A DNA stretch of 64,000 bases. It comes from an uncultured Chthoniobacterales bacterium. Lineage in GTDB: Bacteria > Verrucomicrobiota > Verrucomicrobiia > Chthoniobacterales > Terrimicrobiaceae. Position 1 is the stretch's first letter; each line of letters begins with the position of its first letter. Where the stretch lies: assembly GCA_964552635.1 (NCBI GenBank), contig CAZKHB010000015.1:15619-79618 (forward strand). Direction: 5' to 3'. The translations under genes were made by a program, and so were the position numbers. This document shows, piece after piece, positions 1 through 10,082 of the stretch. The notes beneath the pieces were generated by a model. The model did not search any database, was not told the DNA's origin, and saw only the letters and a list, made by a program, of their open reading frames with translations.

Positions 1-1362
1 CCCGAGCGCTGTGAGGGCGGTGGCCATGATCAAAAACGCAACCGGAATCACCACGAGGTTCGCAATGAGCGCCGAGAAGGAAACCAAATGGAAATACACG
101 AGGATCAACGGAAGCGAGCCGATCCACGCCGCGAGCGAGACGCCGATCGACGAGGCGACCACCGCCGCAAGACCCGCCCGGAATTTCTCGCCCCGCGTGT
201 GCAGGCGGACGGGAATGAACGGATCCGGGGCAAGCGCGTGCTTCACAAGAGCAGAGACCGGACCCGCCAGGAGGAGGATCGCCAGCACGACAAAGAACGA
301 CAACTGGAACCCCGGGTTGAACAACTCGCTCGTCCATCCCGCAAGAATGAGCACTCCCGCCGCGAATAGCGAATTCACCGGCACCGGCGGGCGCATCACG
401 AAGAGGGAGGAAAGGAAGATCGCCGCCATGACGGCCGCGCGGATGCTCGGGGGTTTCCAACCGGTGACCAGCGCGTAGAAAAAAAGCGCGGGAATGACCA
501 CACACACAGCCGTGCGGCGCCCCACGCCGAGCAACATCAGCACCCCCCAGAGCAACACGCCGATCATTCCCACATGCAGGCCGCTCACCGAGAAAAGGTG
601 GAATGTTCCCGTATTCCGGAAGTCTGCCTGCAAGTCGTCCGGGATTGCCGCCGTGATGCCGAGCACCATGCCCGCGAGCAACTCGCAAACCACAGGATCG
701 CCGCCGATGCCTTCTCGCAGTGTGGACTGCATCCAAGAGCGGGACCGATCGGCCACCGCACCGAGGGACCATGCCGACGGTGCGCGGAGGAGTGTGATAT
801 CCTGTACGGACGGCACCTCGGCCTCCGCGTGGATTCCCCTCAGGGCAAACCATGCCCGCGCATCGAACGCCTCCGGATTCCGCGGCGGGGGGATCGCCCG
901 CAACGCCGCACGCACACGGATTACCGCGCCCCGGGCGACCGGGGCATCCCGCGGAGTCAGAACGGCGAGACGCACACCGCGGCCGAAAGACGGACCGTCG
1001 CCAGCGAGGGAAAGAACCTCCCCCGCAAAGCGAAGCCGCGTCGCGCCGAAGGCCGAGGGCTCATCGAGCACCCGCAATTCCATGACGGCGGTTCGTGATC
1101 CCGGACCCAATGCCCCGGCGAAGCGCCGGGATGAGGACTCCGTCGTTTGCCAGAGGTGGACGGCCCCGAACGCACATCCCGCCGCGAGAAAGATCCAAAC
1201 CGCGCCGCGCCGCACAGTCCACACCGCGAGACAGGCCAGGCAGACCGTCGCAAAAACGATGGATCCGACGCCGAGGCGTTCGGCGGTCACAATGCCGGCG
1301 GCGGCGGCGAGAAACAACCCCGCGAAGGGAAGCCGCTGCGCGAGGAGCGTTTTCACGCCTGA
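1..1362 (-). CDS. comEC: ComEC/Rec2 DNA internalization channel (partial, continues past window start); GTG start at 1362
   Basis: Minus-strand translation is strongly hydrophobic and contains HLFSVSGLHVGMIGVLLWGVL, which matches the ComEC HLxxxSGLHV signature. N-terminus reads VKTLLAQRLPFAGLFLAAAAGIVTAERLG. Plus-strand ORFs here are R/P-rich shadows. Confidence 0.6.
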
Positions 1363-1910
1363 CCGCAGAATTTGAAAAGCACGAGCGTCGCCCGGTGGTT
1401 TTCGAACGCAAAAAACCTCAAGCCGCCATCACATCCGCGCACGTCCTCCGCCACGGCGCAACTTGCGCGCCGCGAGTGGATCTGGTGCAGCCCCGGTGAG
1501 CGGTTCAGGTAGGGCATTCCCCACGCCTCGAGAAAACGCGCCCCGCGGGCGAGCTCCAGCAGCAGCGCCTCCGCCGACTCTCTTTCGTGGTGCTCGAAAA
1601 ACAGATTCCGCGAGGCCTCGAGGTCGGAATAGTCGAAGCGTTCGAGGACCTCGACGCCCGGCGCGGGCGGGGTCTCGCAGTGCTCGCGCACAACGGCCAC
1701 GCGCACCCTCGGATCAAACCCCGCGACGCGATTCCGTTTCGAGAGCGTGTTTACCGACACCGTGACGCGGTCCCATCCGGGAACGCTCATTGTGAGATAC
1801 ACGTGGTCGATTTCGTCCGGGTTCGGATGCGTCTCGACACGCGCCGTTACTTCGGTGCCGGTGGCGCGCACCAGCGGGGCATCGGGAAGACGGAACCCTC
1901 GACGCCTCAC
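1353..1910 (-). CDS. hypothetical protein (upstream of comEC, 10-nt overlap)
   Basis: 185-aa ORF with a balanced composition, co-directional and tightly packed with comEC. No family recognised. Confidence 0.45.
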   Translation of the reverse strand: MRRRGFRLPDAPLVRATGTEVTARVETHPNPDEIDHVYLTMSVPGWDRVTVSVNTLSKRNRVAGFDPRVRVAVVREHCETPPAPGVEVLERFDYSDLEASRNLFFEHHERESAEALLLELARGARFLEAWGMPYLNRSPGLHQIHSRRASCAVAEDVRGCDGGLRFFAFENHRATLVLFKFCGQA

Positions 1911-1922
1911 CCCGGGCGGGCC

Positions 1923-2426
1923 TCAGTTGAAGGAAAACGGACTGTAGAGCGACTCCTCGTAGGCGGAATCATACCAATCGTCGATCACCGGCGGATTGTA
2001 GGCGAAGGGCTGCTCGTCCTGATAATACGGGCTGTTGTAGTAGCGGTCCTTCTGCATGCGGGCAGAGGCCGTTTTCGGCGCCGCACTCGCGCTGCCATAG
2101 AAGCCTTCGGATTCTTGCAGGTAGTTCAGGAGTTGTGGGGTGGCACCCTCGGACTTGAGGCCGGCCAGCTCCGCACCGCTGAGGTTGTAGACCTTCCGCG
2201 TGCTGTTGAGGTAGGCGATGATGACGTTCGAGGGCACCCCGCGGGACGTGAGGTTCTCGATGTCCTGCACGTCGAGCGCGCGGCCGGACTGCATCTTGAG
2301 GACCGTGCCGGAGTTCACTCCCCGCGAAGACGCAGCAGAGAGAAGGCCGGGATCGACCTGCGGGCTGGAGGCGCAGGCAGTGAGCAAAAGCGCACTGGCG
2401 AGCAGGAGAAGGGAAGAGGATTTCAT
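1923..2426 (-). CDS. putative lipoprotein
   Basis: N-terminal MKSSSLLLLASALLLTAC signal peptide with a lipobox; 12 nt upstream of the next gene. Confidence 0.55.
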   Translation of the reverse strand: MKSSSLLLLASALLLTACASSPQVDPGLLSAASSRGVNSGTVLKMQSGRALDVQDIENLTSRGVPSNVIIAYLNSTRKVYNLSGAELAGLKSEGATPQLLNYLQESEGFYGSASAAPKTASARMQKDRYYNSPYYQDEQPFAYNPPVIDDWYDSAYEESLYSPFSFN

Positions 2427-2477
2427 CGCGGGGTTGCCTTCCGTGTATCCCAGCCCGGGCGCCTTGGCAAAGTCAAA

Positions 2478-2888
2478 TCAGCCCACCCACTCGAAGGTCA
2501 CGTCTTTCTCGATGTCGGGATGCAGGCTCAGGAATACCGGACAGCCCAGCGCCGCGGCCTCCAAAGCGGCCCGGTGCGGATGGTCCGGCGCAAGCGGCAC
2601 ACGGACGACCGCGACGATCTTCGCGATACGCCGCGGCGGCGCGGACGACATGATTTTGTCGAGGGCCACCGTCATTCCCTCGAGGGCGATACCACTCTTC
2701 GCCGCAAGAATGCCCATCACCGTCGCCATGCAGGCTCCGAGCGAAGTGGTTGCCAGATCGGTCGGCGAGAAAGCTTCGCCTCGGCCATGGTTGTCCACCG
2801 GCGCATCCGTGACGAGTTTCGAGTTGGACGGACCGTGGATAGCCTCGCAACGAAGGCCTCCCGTGTAAGTGAGATCGACGTGAACCAT
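2478..2888 (-). CDS. OsmC/Ohr family peroxiredoxin-like protein
   Basis: MVHVDLTYTGGLRCEA...GACMATVMGI...ALGCPVFLSL is typical OsmC architecture and size (136 aa). The upstream extension in the track ORF is non-homologous. Confidence 0.65.
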   Translation of the reverse strand: MVHVDLTYTGGLRCEAIHGPSNSKLVTDAPVDNHGRGEAFSPTDLATTSLGACMATVMGILAAKSGIALEGMTVALDKIMSSAPPRRIAKIVAVVRVPLAPDHPHRAALEAAALGCPVFLSLHPDIEKDVTFEWVG

Positions 2889-3029
2889 CCCTCCTAGAAA
2901 CCACGGGGGCTTCTCCTTCGCAACTCCAGAGCGAGCGCGCCGCGCAAAAGGGCTGAGTCTGTCTCCAAACCCGCATCCGATTCCGGCGTGATGCCTTGAC
3001 ATCAAATTCAGGGGCATCACATTGGAAGC

Positions 3030-3290
3030 ATGCGAACCACGCTGACAATCGAGGATGACTTGGCGGCGATTCTGGAACGGGAAATGCGACGGAAAGGGAT
3101 GACGTTCAAAGAGGTGGTGAACGCCACGCTACGGAGGGGGTTGGAACACGAAGAGATTCTGCCTCGGCGGAAGCGCTTGGTGACCCGGCCTCATGCCTTC
3201 GGATTCAAGGCCGGGGTGGATTTGGACAAGCTCAACCAACTCGTGGATGAACTGGAGGCCGGGGAGTTTTCCAAGGGAGGCCGTTTGTGA
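3030..3290 (+). CDS. vapB: type II antitoxin, VapB-like (RHH)
   Basis: 86-aa MRTTLTIEDDLAAILEREMRRKGMTFKEVVNATLRRGL; 4-nt overlap with the downstream PIN gene. Confidence 0.6.
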   Translation: MRTTLTIEDDLAAILEREMRRKGMTFKEVVNATLRRGLEHEEILPRRKRLVTRPHAFGFKAGVDLDKLNQLVDELEAGEFSKGGRL

Positions 3291-3715
3291 TTTTGCCGGA
3301 TATCAATCTGCTCATCCATGCGCACAACAGCGACTCTCCGCGTCATGAAGCGGCGCGGCGCTGGTGGGATGCGAAGTTGGCGGGGACGGAGGGCGTCGGG
3401 TTGGCGTGGGTGGTCATTCTCGGATTTGTGCGGATCACCACACATCGGGGTATCCTTTCCAACCCGATGACCGTCAAAGAGGCTGGTTCGCGCATCGAGG
3501 AGTGGCTCTCTTTGCCTCACTTCCACATCCCGGTTCCCGCCGAGGGGCACTTCGCGCGGCTGCGGGCTCGGTTGGAGCATCTGGGGACTGCGGGAAATCT
3601 GACGACGGATGCGCATTTGGCGACTCTCGCCACCGAGCGAGGCTACACGCTGCACAGCACGGACGCTGACTTCGCGAGGTTTCCGGGCTTGAAGTGGGTG
3701 AACCCGATCGGCTGA
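3287..3715 (+). CDS. vapC: PIN-domain toxin VapC
   Basis: ILPDINLLIHA...TDAHLATLATERGYTLHSTDADF carries the PIN acidic-residue pattern; GTG start overlaps the vapB stop. Confidence 0.7.
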   Translation: MILPDINLLIHAHNSDSPRHEAARRWWDAKLAGTEGVGLAWVVILGFVRITTHRGILSNPMTVKEAGSRIEEWLSLPHFHIPVPAEGHFARLRARLEHLGTAGNLTTDAHLATLATERGYTLHSTDADFARFPGLKWVNPIG

Positions 3716-3798
3716 GCTTCCGCTGTTGAAGCCGACGCATCGCAACCCCCGGTGGCCTTGACGCGCGCCGGACGGCTCGCTTGATTCGGTGGCGCACC

Positions 3799-4920
3799 AT
3801 GAACCACGCGCCGCTTGCCATTCCACCCGACGGCACACACGGCCGCATCCACCCCGAGCCCGCGCATTCCTACCGCAACGAGATCCAGCGCGACCGGGCC
3901 CGGTTGATCCACTGCACGGCATTCCGCCGTCTCGATGGCAAGACCCAGGTTTTTCTCAACGGCACGGGCGACCACTATCGCACGCGGCTCACGCACACGA
4001 TGGAGGTCGCCTCAATCAGCCGCACGCTGGCACGCGCCCTCGCGCTCAACGAGGACCTCGCGGAATCCATCGCCCTCGCACACGATCTCGGGCATCCGCC
4101 CTGCGGGCACACAGGCGAGGAGGCCCTCGACCGCCTGCTCGCCGGCCATGGCGGCTTCGACCATAACGCCCAAAGCCTCCGGATCGTCGAAGTTCTGGAG
4201 GAAAAGTATCCCGGTTTTCCCGGGCTCAACCTGACGTGGGATGTCCGTGAGGGCATCCAGAAGCATGCCAGCGGTTACACGGATCCGGCCACCGGCGAGA
4301 TTTATCCCTCGCCGTCGCTGGAGGCTCAGTTCGTCGACCTCGCCGACGAGATCGCTTACTCAAGCCACGACCTTGATGACGGGCTTGATGCAGGCCTCCT
4401 GTCTCACGACGTCCTCGCTGCGGTGCCGCTCTGGCAGCAGGCGCTCAGCCGGGCGGGGAACGAAGCGCCGGGATTCGACCCCGTGCGCTACAGAGGGTTT
4501 GTGATCCGTTGTCTGGTGAATTTCCTTGTCGACGAGCTTGTCACAGAAACCCGGAAGCAACTGGCCGCAGCGGGCGTGACCTCGGCAGCAGCTGTGCGCA
4601 AACACGCGCAGCGCCTTGCGCGCTTCAGCACCCACGTGCGGAAGGAACTCTCCGAGCTCCGGCGATTCCTCTTTGCCCACCTCTACCAATCGCCCGCGGT
4701 CGCTGACGCCAACCGCCAGGCAGCCCGCCGCATTGAGGACCTCTTTGGTCACTTCATGAACCACCCGGAGCGTATGGGACGCAAGGCCATTGCGCGCATC
4801 GCGCACGACGGCCTCCCGCGCAGTGTGGGTGATTACCTCTCGGGGATGACGGACCGCTATCTTGCGCTCCGCTGGAGGGAACTCACGACTCCGCAGGCTT
4901 CGGTGCCTCCCACGTCCTGA
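3799..4920 (+). CDS. dgt: dGTP triphosphohydrolase-like HD-domain protein
   Basis: RDRARLIHCTAFRRLDGKTQVF...HYRTRLTHTMEVASISR...AHDLGHPPCGHTGE is the Dgt-family HD motif region. Confidence 0.75.
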   Translation: MNHAPLAIPPDGTHGRIHPEPAHSYRNEIQRDRARLIHCTAFRRLDGKTQVFLNGTGDHYRTRLTHTMEVASISRTLARALALNEDLAESIALAHDLGHPPCGHTGEEALDRLLAGHGGFDHNAQSLRIVEVLEEKYPGFPGLNLTWDVREGIQKHASGYTDPATGEIYPSPSLEAQFVDLADEIAYSSHDLDDGLDAGLLSHDVLAAVPLWQQALSRAGNEAPGFDPVRYRGFVIRCLVNFLVDELVTETRKQLAAAGVTSAAAVRKHAQRLARFSTHVRKELSELRRFLFAHLYQSPAVADANRQAARRIEDLFGHFMNHPERMGRKAIARIAHDGLPRSVGDYLSGMTDRYLALRWRELTTPQASVPPTS

Positions 4921-6796
4921 TCACGTGAACCTTCGTGCTCAGCACATCGTGGTCGGTGAACGGCGCGATCTTCGCGATGCGCACGGTGCGGGCTCCGTTC
5001 TCGGCGGGCAGTGACACTTCTTCTCCGGCCTTGTGCCCGAGGAGGCTCTGGCCGATGGCCGCCTTGTAGGAAACAATCCCGAGATCGGGCGCGCTGTCCC
5101 ATGCCCCGAGGATGCTGTACGTCTCGGTGCCCTCGGCGGACTCAAGCGTCACAACGGTGCCGATCGACACCTGCGTGGTGTCGGGATTTTCAAAGCTGGT
5201 GCCGCGCGCGAGTGCGAGGTCGCGCTCGGCCTCGACCTTCCGGCGCTGGAGGACGCGTTGTTGCTCCTTCGCCGCCTTGAATCCGAAGTTCTCCCTCAAG
5301 TCGCCCTGCTCCTTCGCGACGTTGATATCGCGCAGGTTCTGCGGAATCTCCCGCTGTACGAGATACTCGTAGTCGTCTTTGCGTTTCTCGAGGCTCGGCC
5401 ATGAGACGGTCAGATTCTCATCGCGGGCCTCGGGGGCATCGCCCGTGATGAGGTTCTGCGTCTCCGGGTGCTTCTTCACGATGCGCGCCATGAGCGAGCG
5501 CTTGCTGAGATCGTCGAAGACCGGTGTGAGGATGAGCTTGCGCATGATGTTGCGCGCCGTGTCGCGGTCCGCACCCTCCAGCAAATCCGCGAGCAGCGTC
5601 TTGTCATCGACCAAAAGGTCCTGCAGCCGCGAGCCGCGTTTCTCGTTGAGTTGGTCCTGCTCGAGGGCACTGAAGACGGAGGCGAGAAGCTCCGGGTTGA
5701 AAAGCTCGGGAAACGCCGCCCCGCGTTCGCGGCAAAGCCAGATGAGCACCTCGGTGCTGATCGACCGTTCGCTGATCCAGCGTGCGAGCGTCTGCTGGAG
5801 GAAGTCGAGGCGCCCGGCCTGCTCGAAAAGGCGGTAGATTTCCACGACGAGTCGGGCATTGGATTCGCGCATGAGCCGCACGGCCTTGTCCGTCCAACGG
5901 TCGCCGAATGCCGCTTCGAAGGCCTGAAGTGTGCGACGGTGCTTGGAGGCCGGCAGGCTCTCGAAGAGGACGGCGAGCCGCCCGTCCTCGGAGACGAGGA
6001 TGTCCGCAACGCGGGGGGCATCCGGCGCCAGCGCAAGGGCGTCGTGGCGGGCGACGATCTCATCGCGGGCGATAAGAAGCTCGACCGCGGCGGCCGGTTG
6101 GAGCTTGCGCCCTTTCTGGGCGGATTCCTCGATCTGAGTCGCGAGAACGCGAAGTTCCTCGATTTCTTTCGCGAGGTCGTCGAGGGCCTTGGTGATGAGG
6201 TCGAGGGCGAGGATTTGATCCTTCAGATGCCGGGCCGAGCGGAACTTCTCGATGAGACCATCGCCTGCACTCACGGCGGTTTCGAGCAGGACAAAGGGTT
6301 CGGTCTTCTTCGCGGGCAACGCAAAGTGCCCGTCGGCCTTCATTTTCTTTTTCGCGGTCTCGAGCCACTTTTTTGCTTCCACAGCGGAGAACACTTCCGG
6401 CTGGAGAGTGGCGAGGATCTGGTCGGCGGTGGCACGGCCGCCGAGGTCGGAGAGAATTTGGCGGGCCACGGCGAGAGGTTCTGCAAGGGCCTGTTGCCGA
6501 ACCTCGCCGGCTGCGGTCGCCTTGCGGGCGAGAATGTGACCTTCGGGAATCGGCGTGAGCGTCTCGGCCGCGTACTGGACCTGCATCGGATGCTGCTTGC
6601 GTGTCCCGAAATCGATGAGGATCTGGCCGCCCAAAAGGTTCCAGCCCGCCACGCGTCCGAATCCCCAGCTCTTGTGCTGGCAGAAGGCTCCGGGCGCGAG
6701 ACGGCCAAGGGCTGTGGCGATCGTTTCGGTGATCTGGCCGCTCTCGACGGCCTGCTTCAATTCTTCGGTCATGTCTCCGTTGTCCCAAGTTCGCAT
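4883..6796 (-). CDS. GreA/GreB-like C-terminal domain protein with long N-terminal extension
   Basis: The C-terminal ~150 aa (KEQGDLRENFGFKAAKEQQRVLQRRKVEAE...VSIGTVVTLE...ETYSILG...GIVSYKAAIGQSLLGHKAGEEVSL) match the GreA coiled-coil tip plus FKBP-like domain. The N-terminal ~480 aa are unrecognised. Confidence 0.6.
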   Translation of the reverse strand: MRTWDNGDMTEELKQAVESGQITETIATALGRLAPGAFCQHKSWGFGRVAGWNLLGGQILIDFGTRKQHPMQVQYAAETLTPIPEGHILARKATAAGEVRQQALAEPLAVARQILSDLGGRATADQILATLQPEVFSAVEAKKWLETAKKKMKADGHFALPAKKTEPFVLLETAVSAGDGLIEKFRSARHLKDQILALDLITKALDDLAKEIEELRVLATQIEESAQKGRKLQPAAAVELLIARDEIVARHDALALAPDAPRVADILVSEDGRLAVLFESLPASKHRRTLQAFEAAFGDRWTDKAVRLMRESNARLVVEIYRLFEQAGRLDFLQQTLARWISERSISTEVLIWLCRERGAAFPELFNPELLASVFSALEQDQLNEKRGSRLQDLLVDDKTLLADLLEGADRDTARNIMRKLILTPVFDDLSKRSLMARIVKKHPETQNLITGDAPEARDENLTVSWPSLEKRKDDYEYLVQREIPQNLRDINVAKEQGDLRENFGFKAAKEQQRVLQRRKVEAERDLALARGTSFENPDTTQVSIGTVVTLESAEGTETYSILGAWDSAPDLGIVSYKAAIGQSLLGHKAGEEVSLPAENGARTVRIAKIAPFTDHDVLSTKVHVIRTWEAPKPAES

Positions 6797-6859
6797 CCGG
6801 CTGGCAAGGCGAACAACGTTTGCGCGCGGCGGGATGGCGGGCTACAGGGAAGGGCCCGC

Positions 6860-7492
6860 ATGCCGAACGAACCCCGCCGCATCTCCGACGACCTCCGCCT
6901 GCTGCTCGCGGCCGCCGACGGAAAGCCCCTGCCCGTCCGCGAGATTCTCGCCCACACCCAAGGGCGCGGTCTGCAAACCATCGCCATCATTCTCTGCCTG
7001 CCATTTCTTTCTCCGGTCTCTGTTCCGTTCCTTTCCATCCCCTTCGGCGTGGCGATCGCGATCTGCGGGCTGCGCATTGCCTTCCGTCACGAGCCGTGGC
7101 TGCCCGCCTTCGTGCTGGACCGGAAAATCCCGTATGCGGTGCTTGAGAAAATGCTCGGCGTCGGCATCGCGATCCACTCGCGCATCGAGCGCTCGCTGCG
7201 GCCGCGCCTTCCGTTCTTTGTCGAGAGCCACGCGGCGACGCTGGCGGCGGGGTTCGCAATTGCGCTCGCCGCATTTTTCCTGAGTCTGCCGATTCCGCCA
7301 CCATTCCCGCTCACGAACACGCTGCCCGGCGTCGCCATCATTCTGTTCTGCCTCGGCACACTCGAGCGCGACGGCCTGCTTGTGGTGATCGGTTACGCAC
7401 TCACGGCGGTCGCCGCGGTTTACGTGACCCTCATCGCCCTGCTGGGAAAAACGGGCGTCGAGCTCCTCTGGAAATGGCTCGCCGGCGCGTGA
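6860..7492 (+). CDS. exoD: ExoD family membrane protein
   Basis: 210-aa 3' part of a long read-through ORF; MPNEPRRISDDLRLLLAAADGKPLPVREIL...LPFLSPV followed by TM segments typical of ExoD. Confidence 0.55.
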   Translation: MPNEPRRISDDLRLLLAAADGKPLPVREILAHTQGRGLQTIAIILCLPFLSPVSVPFLSIPFGVAIAICGLRIAFRHEPWLPAFVLDRKIPYAVLEKMLGVGIAIHSRIERSLRPRLPFFVESHAATLAAGFAIALAAFFLSLPIPPPFPLTNTLPGVAIILFCLGTLERDGLLVVIGYALTAVAAVYVTLIALLGKTGVELLWKWLAGA

Positions 7493-8608
7493 TCAGGCGC
7501 GGCCGAGGAGGTAGTCGGGATTCAGCTTTTTCAGCGCGGGAACGGTGAAGAGTCCGTTCTTGCGGATGAGCTTACCATCGAACCACACCTCGCCGCCGCC
7601 GTAGTCGGGACGCTGGATGCAGACAAGGTCCCAGTGGATGCGGCTGGTGTTGCCGTTGCCGCCGATTTTGTAGGCCTGGCCGGGAGTGAAGTGGAACGAG
7701 CCCGCGATCTTCTCGTCGAAGAGAATGTCGCGCATGGGGTGGAGGATGTGGGGGTTGAAGCCGAGGGAAAACTCGCCGATGAAGCGGGCGCCGGCATCGC
7801 TGTCGAGGATGCGATTGAGGGCGGTCGTGTTGTTGGCGGTGGCCTTGACGATCTTCCCCTTCTCGAATTCGAACGTGACGTTGTCGAAGGCGATGCCTTG
7901 GTAAATGCTGGGGACGTTGAAGGTCACGCGGCCCTCGACGCTCGTCTTTGTCGGACACGAGAAAACCTCGCCGTCCGGGATATTCCGGTCGCCGCCGCAC
8001 ATCACCGAGCCGATACCCTTGATCGAGAAGTGGAGATCCGTGCCCGGACCCTTGATGTGAACGCGGTCGGTGCGGTCCATGAGGCTCTTGAGGGCCTTCA
8101 TGCCGGGTGTCATCCTGCCGTAGTCGAGCGTGCAGACGCGGAAGAAAAAGTCCTCGAAGGCCTCGGTGCTCATCTGGGCTTGCTGGGCCATGGAGGCGGT
8201 GGGCCACCGGAGAACGACCCATTTGGTTTTGTTGATCCGCCAGTCGAGCACCGGACGCATCACGCCGCTGATGAGCTGCATTTGCCGCTCGGGCACATCG
8301 GACATCTCGGTGATGTTGTGGCTGCCGCGGACGGCGATGTAGGCGTGCATTTTCTTCATGCGCGCGAGTTCGAGCGACTTGGAAATTTCAAGTGCGGGCG
8401 CGGTGGCGCCGAGTGCAAGCTCGCGACCGATGCGGGCATGGTGGGTTTGCACGTAAGGCACGCCACCGGCGGCGCGGATGGCCCGAATGAGGGCGATTCC
8501 GATGTCATCGGGCGTGTCGAACAGGTCCACGAGCACATGTTCGCCCCTGCGGAGTTTTGTGGAATGTTTGACAAGCACCTCGGCCAGACGGTCGCAACGG
8601 GAATCACG
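7493..8608 (-). CDS. aminopeptidase, M29 family (AmpS-like)
   Basis: [21 protein letters not shown]...[11 protein letters not shown]...[10 protein letters not shown] is the thermophilic metalloprotease M29 pattern. An alternative start lies at 8638. Confidence 0.7.
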   Translation of the reverse strand, partial: RDSRCDRLAEVLVKHSTKLRRGEHVLVDLFDTPDDIGIALIRAIRAAGGVPYVQTHHARIGRELALGATAPALEISKSLELARMKKMHAYIAVRGSHNITEMSDVPERQMQLISGVMRPVLDWRINKTKWVVLRWPTASMAQQAQMSTEAFEDFFFRVCTLDYGRMTPGMKALKSLMDRTDRVHIKGPGTDLHFSIKGIGSVMCGGDRNIPDGEVFSCPTKTSVEGRVTFNVPSIYQGIAFDNVTFEFEKGKIVKATANNTTALNRILDSDAGARFIGEFSLGFNPHILHPMRDILFDEKIAGSFHFTPGQAYKIGGNGNTSRIHWDLVCIQRPDYGGGEVWFDGKLIRKNGLFTVPALKKLNPDYLLGRA

Positions 8609-8772
8609 CATTCCGCGAACATCCCGCATCCCGCGCAAAAATCAACACTCCTCCACCGATCGCTGCCGGAGCCGGCTTCCCCGCACCTCTCCCCGAAAGC
8701 AAGCAGGCGTTTCCGGTGTTTGTCTTGCCATCGGGTCCGTGGTAAGGGTCCGGGCGTTCACCCCGATTCCCG

Positions 8773-9504
8773 ATGCGCCTTCTATACGTCGCCGACCTGC
8801 ACTATTCCCTGAAGCAGTTCGACTGGCTGCTTTCCCAGGCGGGAGCCTTCGACATGGTTGCCGTCGGCGGCGACCTTCTCGATCTGGCTTCGCCCTTGGA
8901 TGCAGATGTCCAGATCGCCGTCGTTGAGCGGTATTTCCATCTGCTCTGCGCCAAATCGCACCTGCTGGTCAGCTCGGGAAATCACGACGGCGACTCCCGC
9001 AACGAGGCCGAGGAGTCGGTCGCGCAATGGCTGCAGGAATCCCGCGAGGAGGGGATCACGGTCGATCACGGCAGCTTCCAGGCAGGCGCCACGAAGATCT
9101 CGGTTTGTCCCTGGTGGGATGGCGACGTGACCCGCGCGCAGCTTGAGAGCTGGCTCGCTTCGGAGGCCGCCGGGAAACCCTCCCCATGGATCTGGATTTA
9201 TCACGCACCGCCGGACGGCTCGAAGGTGTGTTGGACCGGAAAAAAATCCGCAGGCGACGGTTTCTTGAGAGCGCTCATCGAGCAGCATTCTCCGACGGCT
9301 GTCCTCTGCGGGCACATCCACAATTCGCCATTCTACCCGGAAGGTTCGTGGGTCGACCGCATCGACTCCACCTGGGTCTTCAATCCCGGCCGTCAAATCG
9401 GGCCCGAGCCTTCCCGGATCGTGCTGGATCTGGAGGCGATGACTGCCGAGTGGACTTCGTATGAGGGCTGCGAGGTGCGTTCACTCCTGCCCGCCGAGGG
9501 TTGA
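8773..9504 (+). CDS. metallophosphoesterase (calcineurin-like)
   Basis: MRLLYVADLHY...VAVGGDLLD...SSGNHD...CGHIHN motif series. Confidence 0.6.
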   Translation: MRLLYVADLHYSLKQFDWLLSQAGAFDMVAVGGDLLDLASPLDADVQIAVVERYFHLLCAKSHLLVSSGNHDGDSRNEAEESVAQWLQESREEGITVDHGSFQAGATKISVCPWWDGDVTRAQLESWLASEAAGKPSPWIWIYHAPPDGSKVCWTGKKSAGDGFLRALIEQHSPTAVLCGHIHNSPFYPEGSWVDRIDSTWVFNPGRQIGPEPSRIVLDLEAMTAEWTSYEGCEVRSLLPAEG

Positions 9505-9963
9505 GTCCGGAGGTCTCACGCGCTGGCGTGGATGCCGGTGCATCAGAGTATCCAGGAGCGAGTCCAACATCCCCATGTGGTCATGCCCGGCGAATTGCTG
9601 CCGGACGTCGACAAGGTAGCGGTTCATGGCATCGAGCCTTCGGGCCAGAAGCTCGCACAGATGCAGGCACACTCCGGGAGTCTCATTGAGAAACTTCTTC
9701 GGATCCTCGATGACGAAAAATCGCGAGGTCTTCGAGGCCTGCACAGTGGCGGTGTGGGGGATGTCGAGCAGGGCGGACAAATCACCGAACATCGCGCCCG
9801 GCTCCGAGGTTTTCGCCACCCGCACACCGTCTTTCAAGACCTCGACCCCTCCTTCGATCAGAATGAAGAGGCAGCCGGTCTTTTCGTCGGTGTGCAGCAG
9901 AACCTCGCCCGCCGCGATCTGCCGCTCCGGCCGTCCTGCACAGGCTTCCAGAATCGAGCTCAT
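9481..9963 (-). CDS. cyclic nucleotide-binding domain protein
   Basis: GEVLLHTDEKTGCLFILIEGGVEVLKDGVRV...GAMFGDLSALLDIPHTATVQA is a cNMP-binding fold signature. Confidence 0.5.
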   Translation of the reverse strand: MSSILEACAGRPERQIAAGEVLLHTDEKTGCLFILIEGGVEVLKDGVRVAKTSEPGAMFGDLSALLDIPHTATVQASKTSRFFVIEDPKKFLNETPGVCLHLCELLARRLDAMNRYLVDVRQQFAGHDHMGMLDSLLDTLMHRHPRQRVRPPDSTLGGQE

Positions 9964-10082
9964 CGTGCTTCGTTCTGTGCTACGGCACCGGGAGTTTGCC
10001 AAGCCGAAACTTCAGGTTGGCCCGGGCGGGAGCGCCTCTGCCCACCCTGCCCCCCCCACGGCGCGCACGGTTCTGGGTCCGA

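Noticed and set aside
11-1375. Several overlapping plus-strand ORFs at the window start
   Set aside because: Minus-strand translation gives a clean ComEC-like membrane protein. The plus-strand frames are R/P-rich.
1587-2897. Long plus-strand ORF (436 aa) spanning three minus-strand genes
   Set aside because: Arginine/glycine-rich low-complexity translation that is antisense to convincing lipoprotein, OsmC and hypothetical genes. This is typical high-GC shadow ORF behaviour. The same reasoning applies to 5468-6859, 7634-8812, 9996-11567, 11867-13108, 16440-17825, 21668-24049, 26145-27998, 38554-39540, 43312-45048, 45624-46799, 58323-59576 and 60484-61890.
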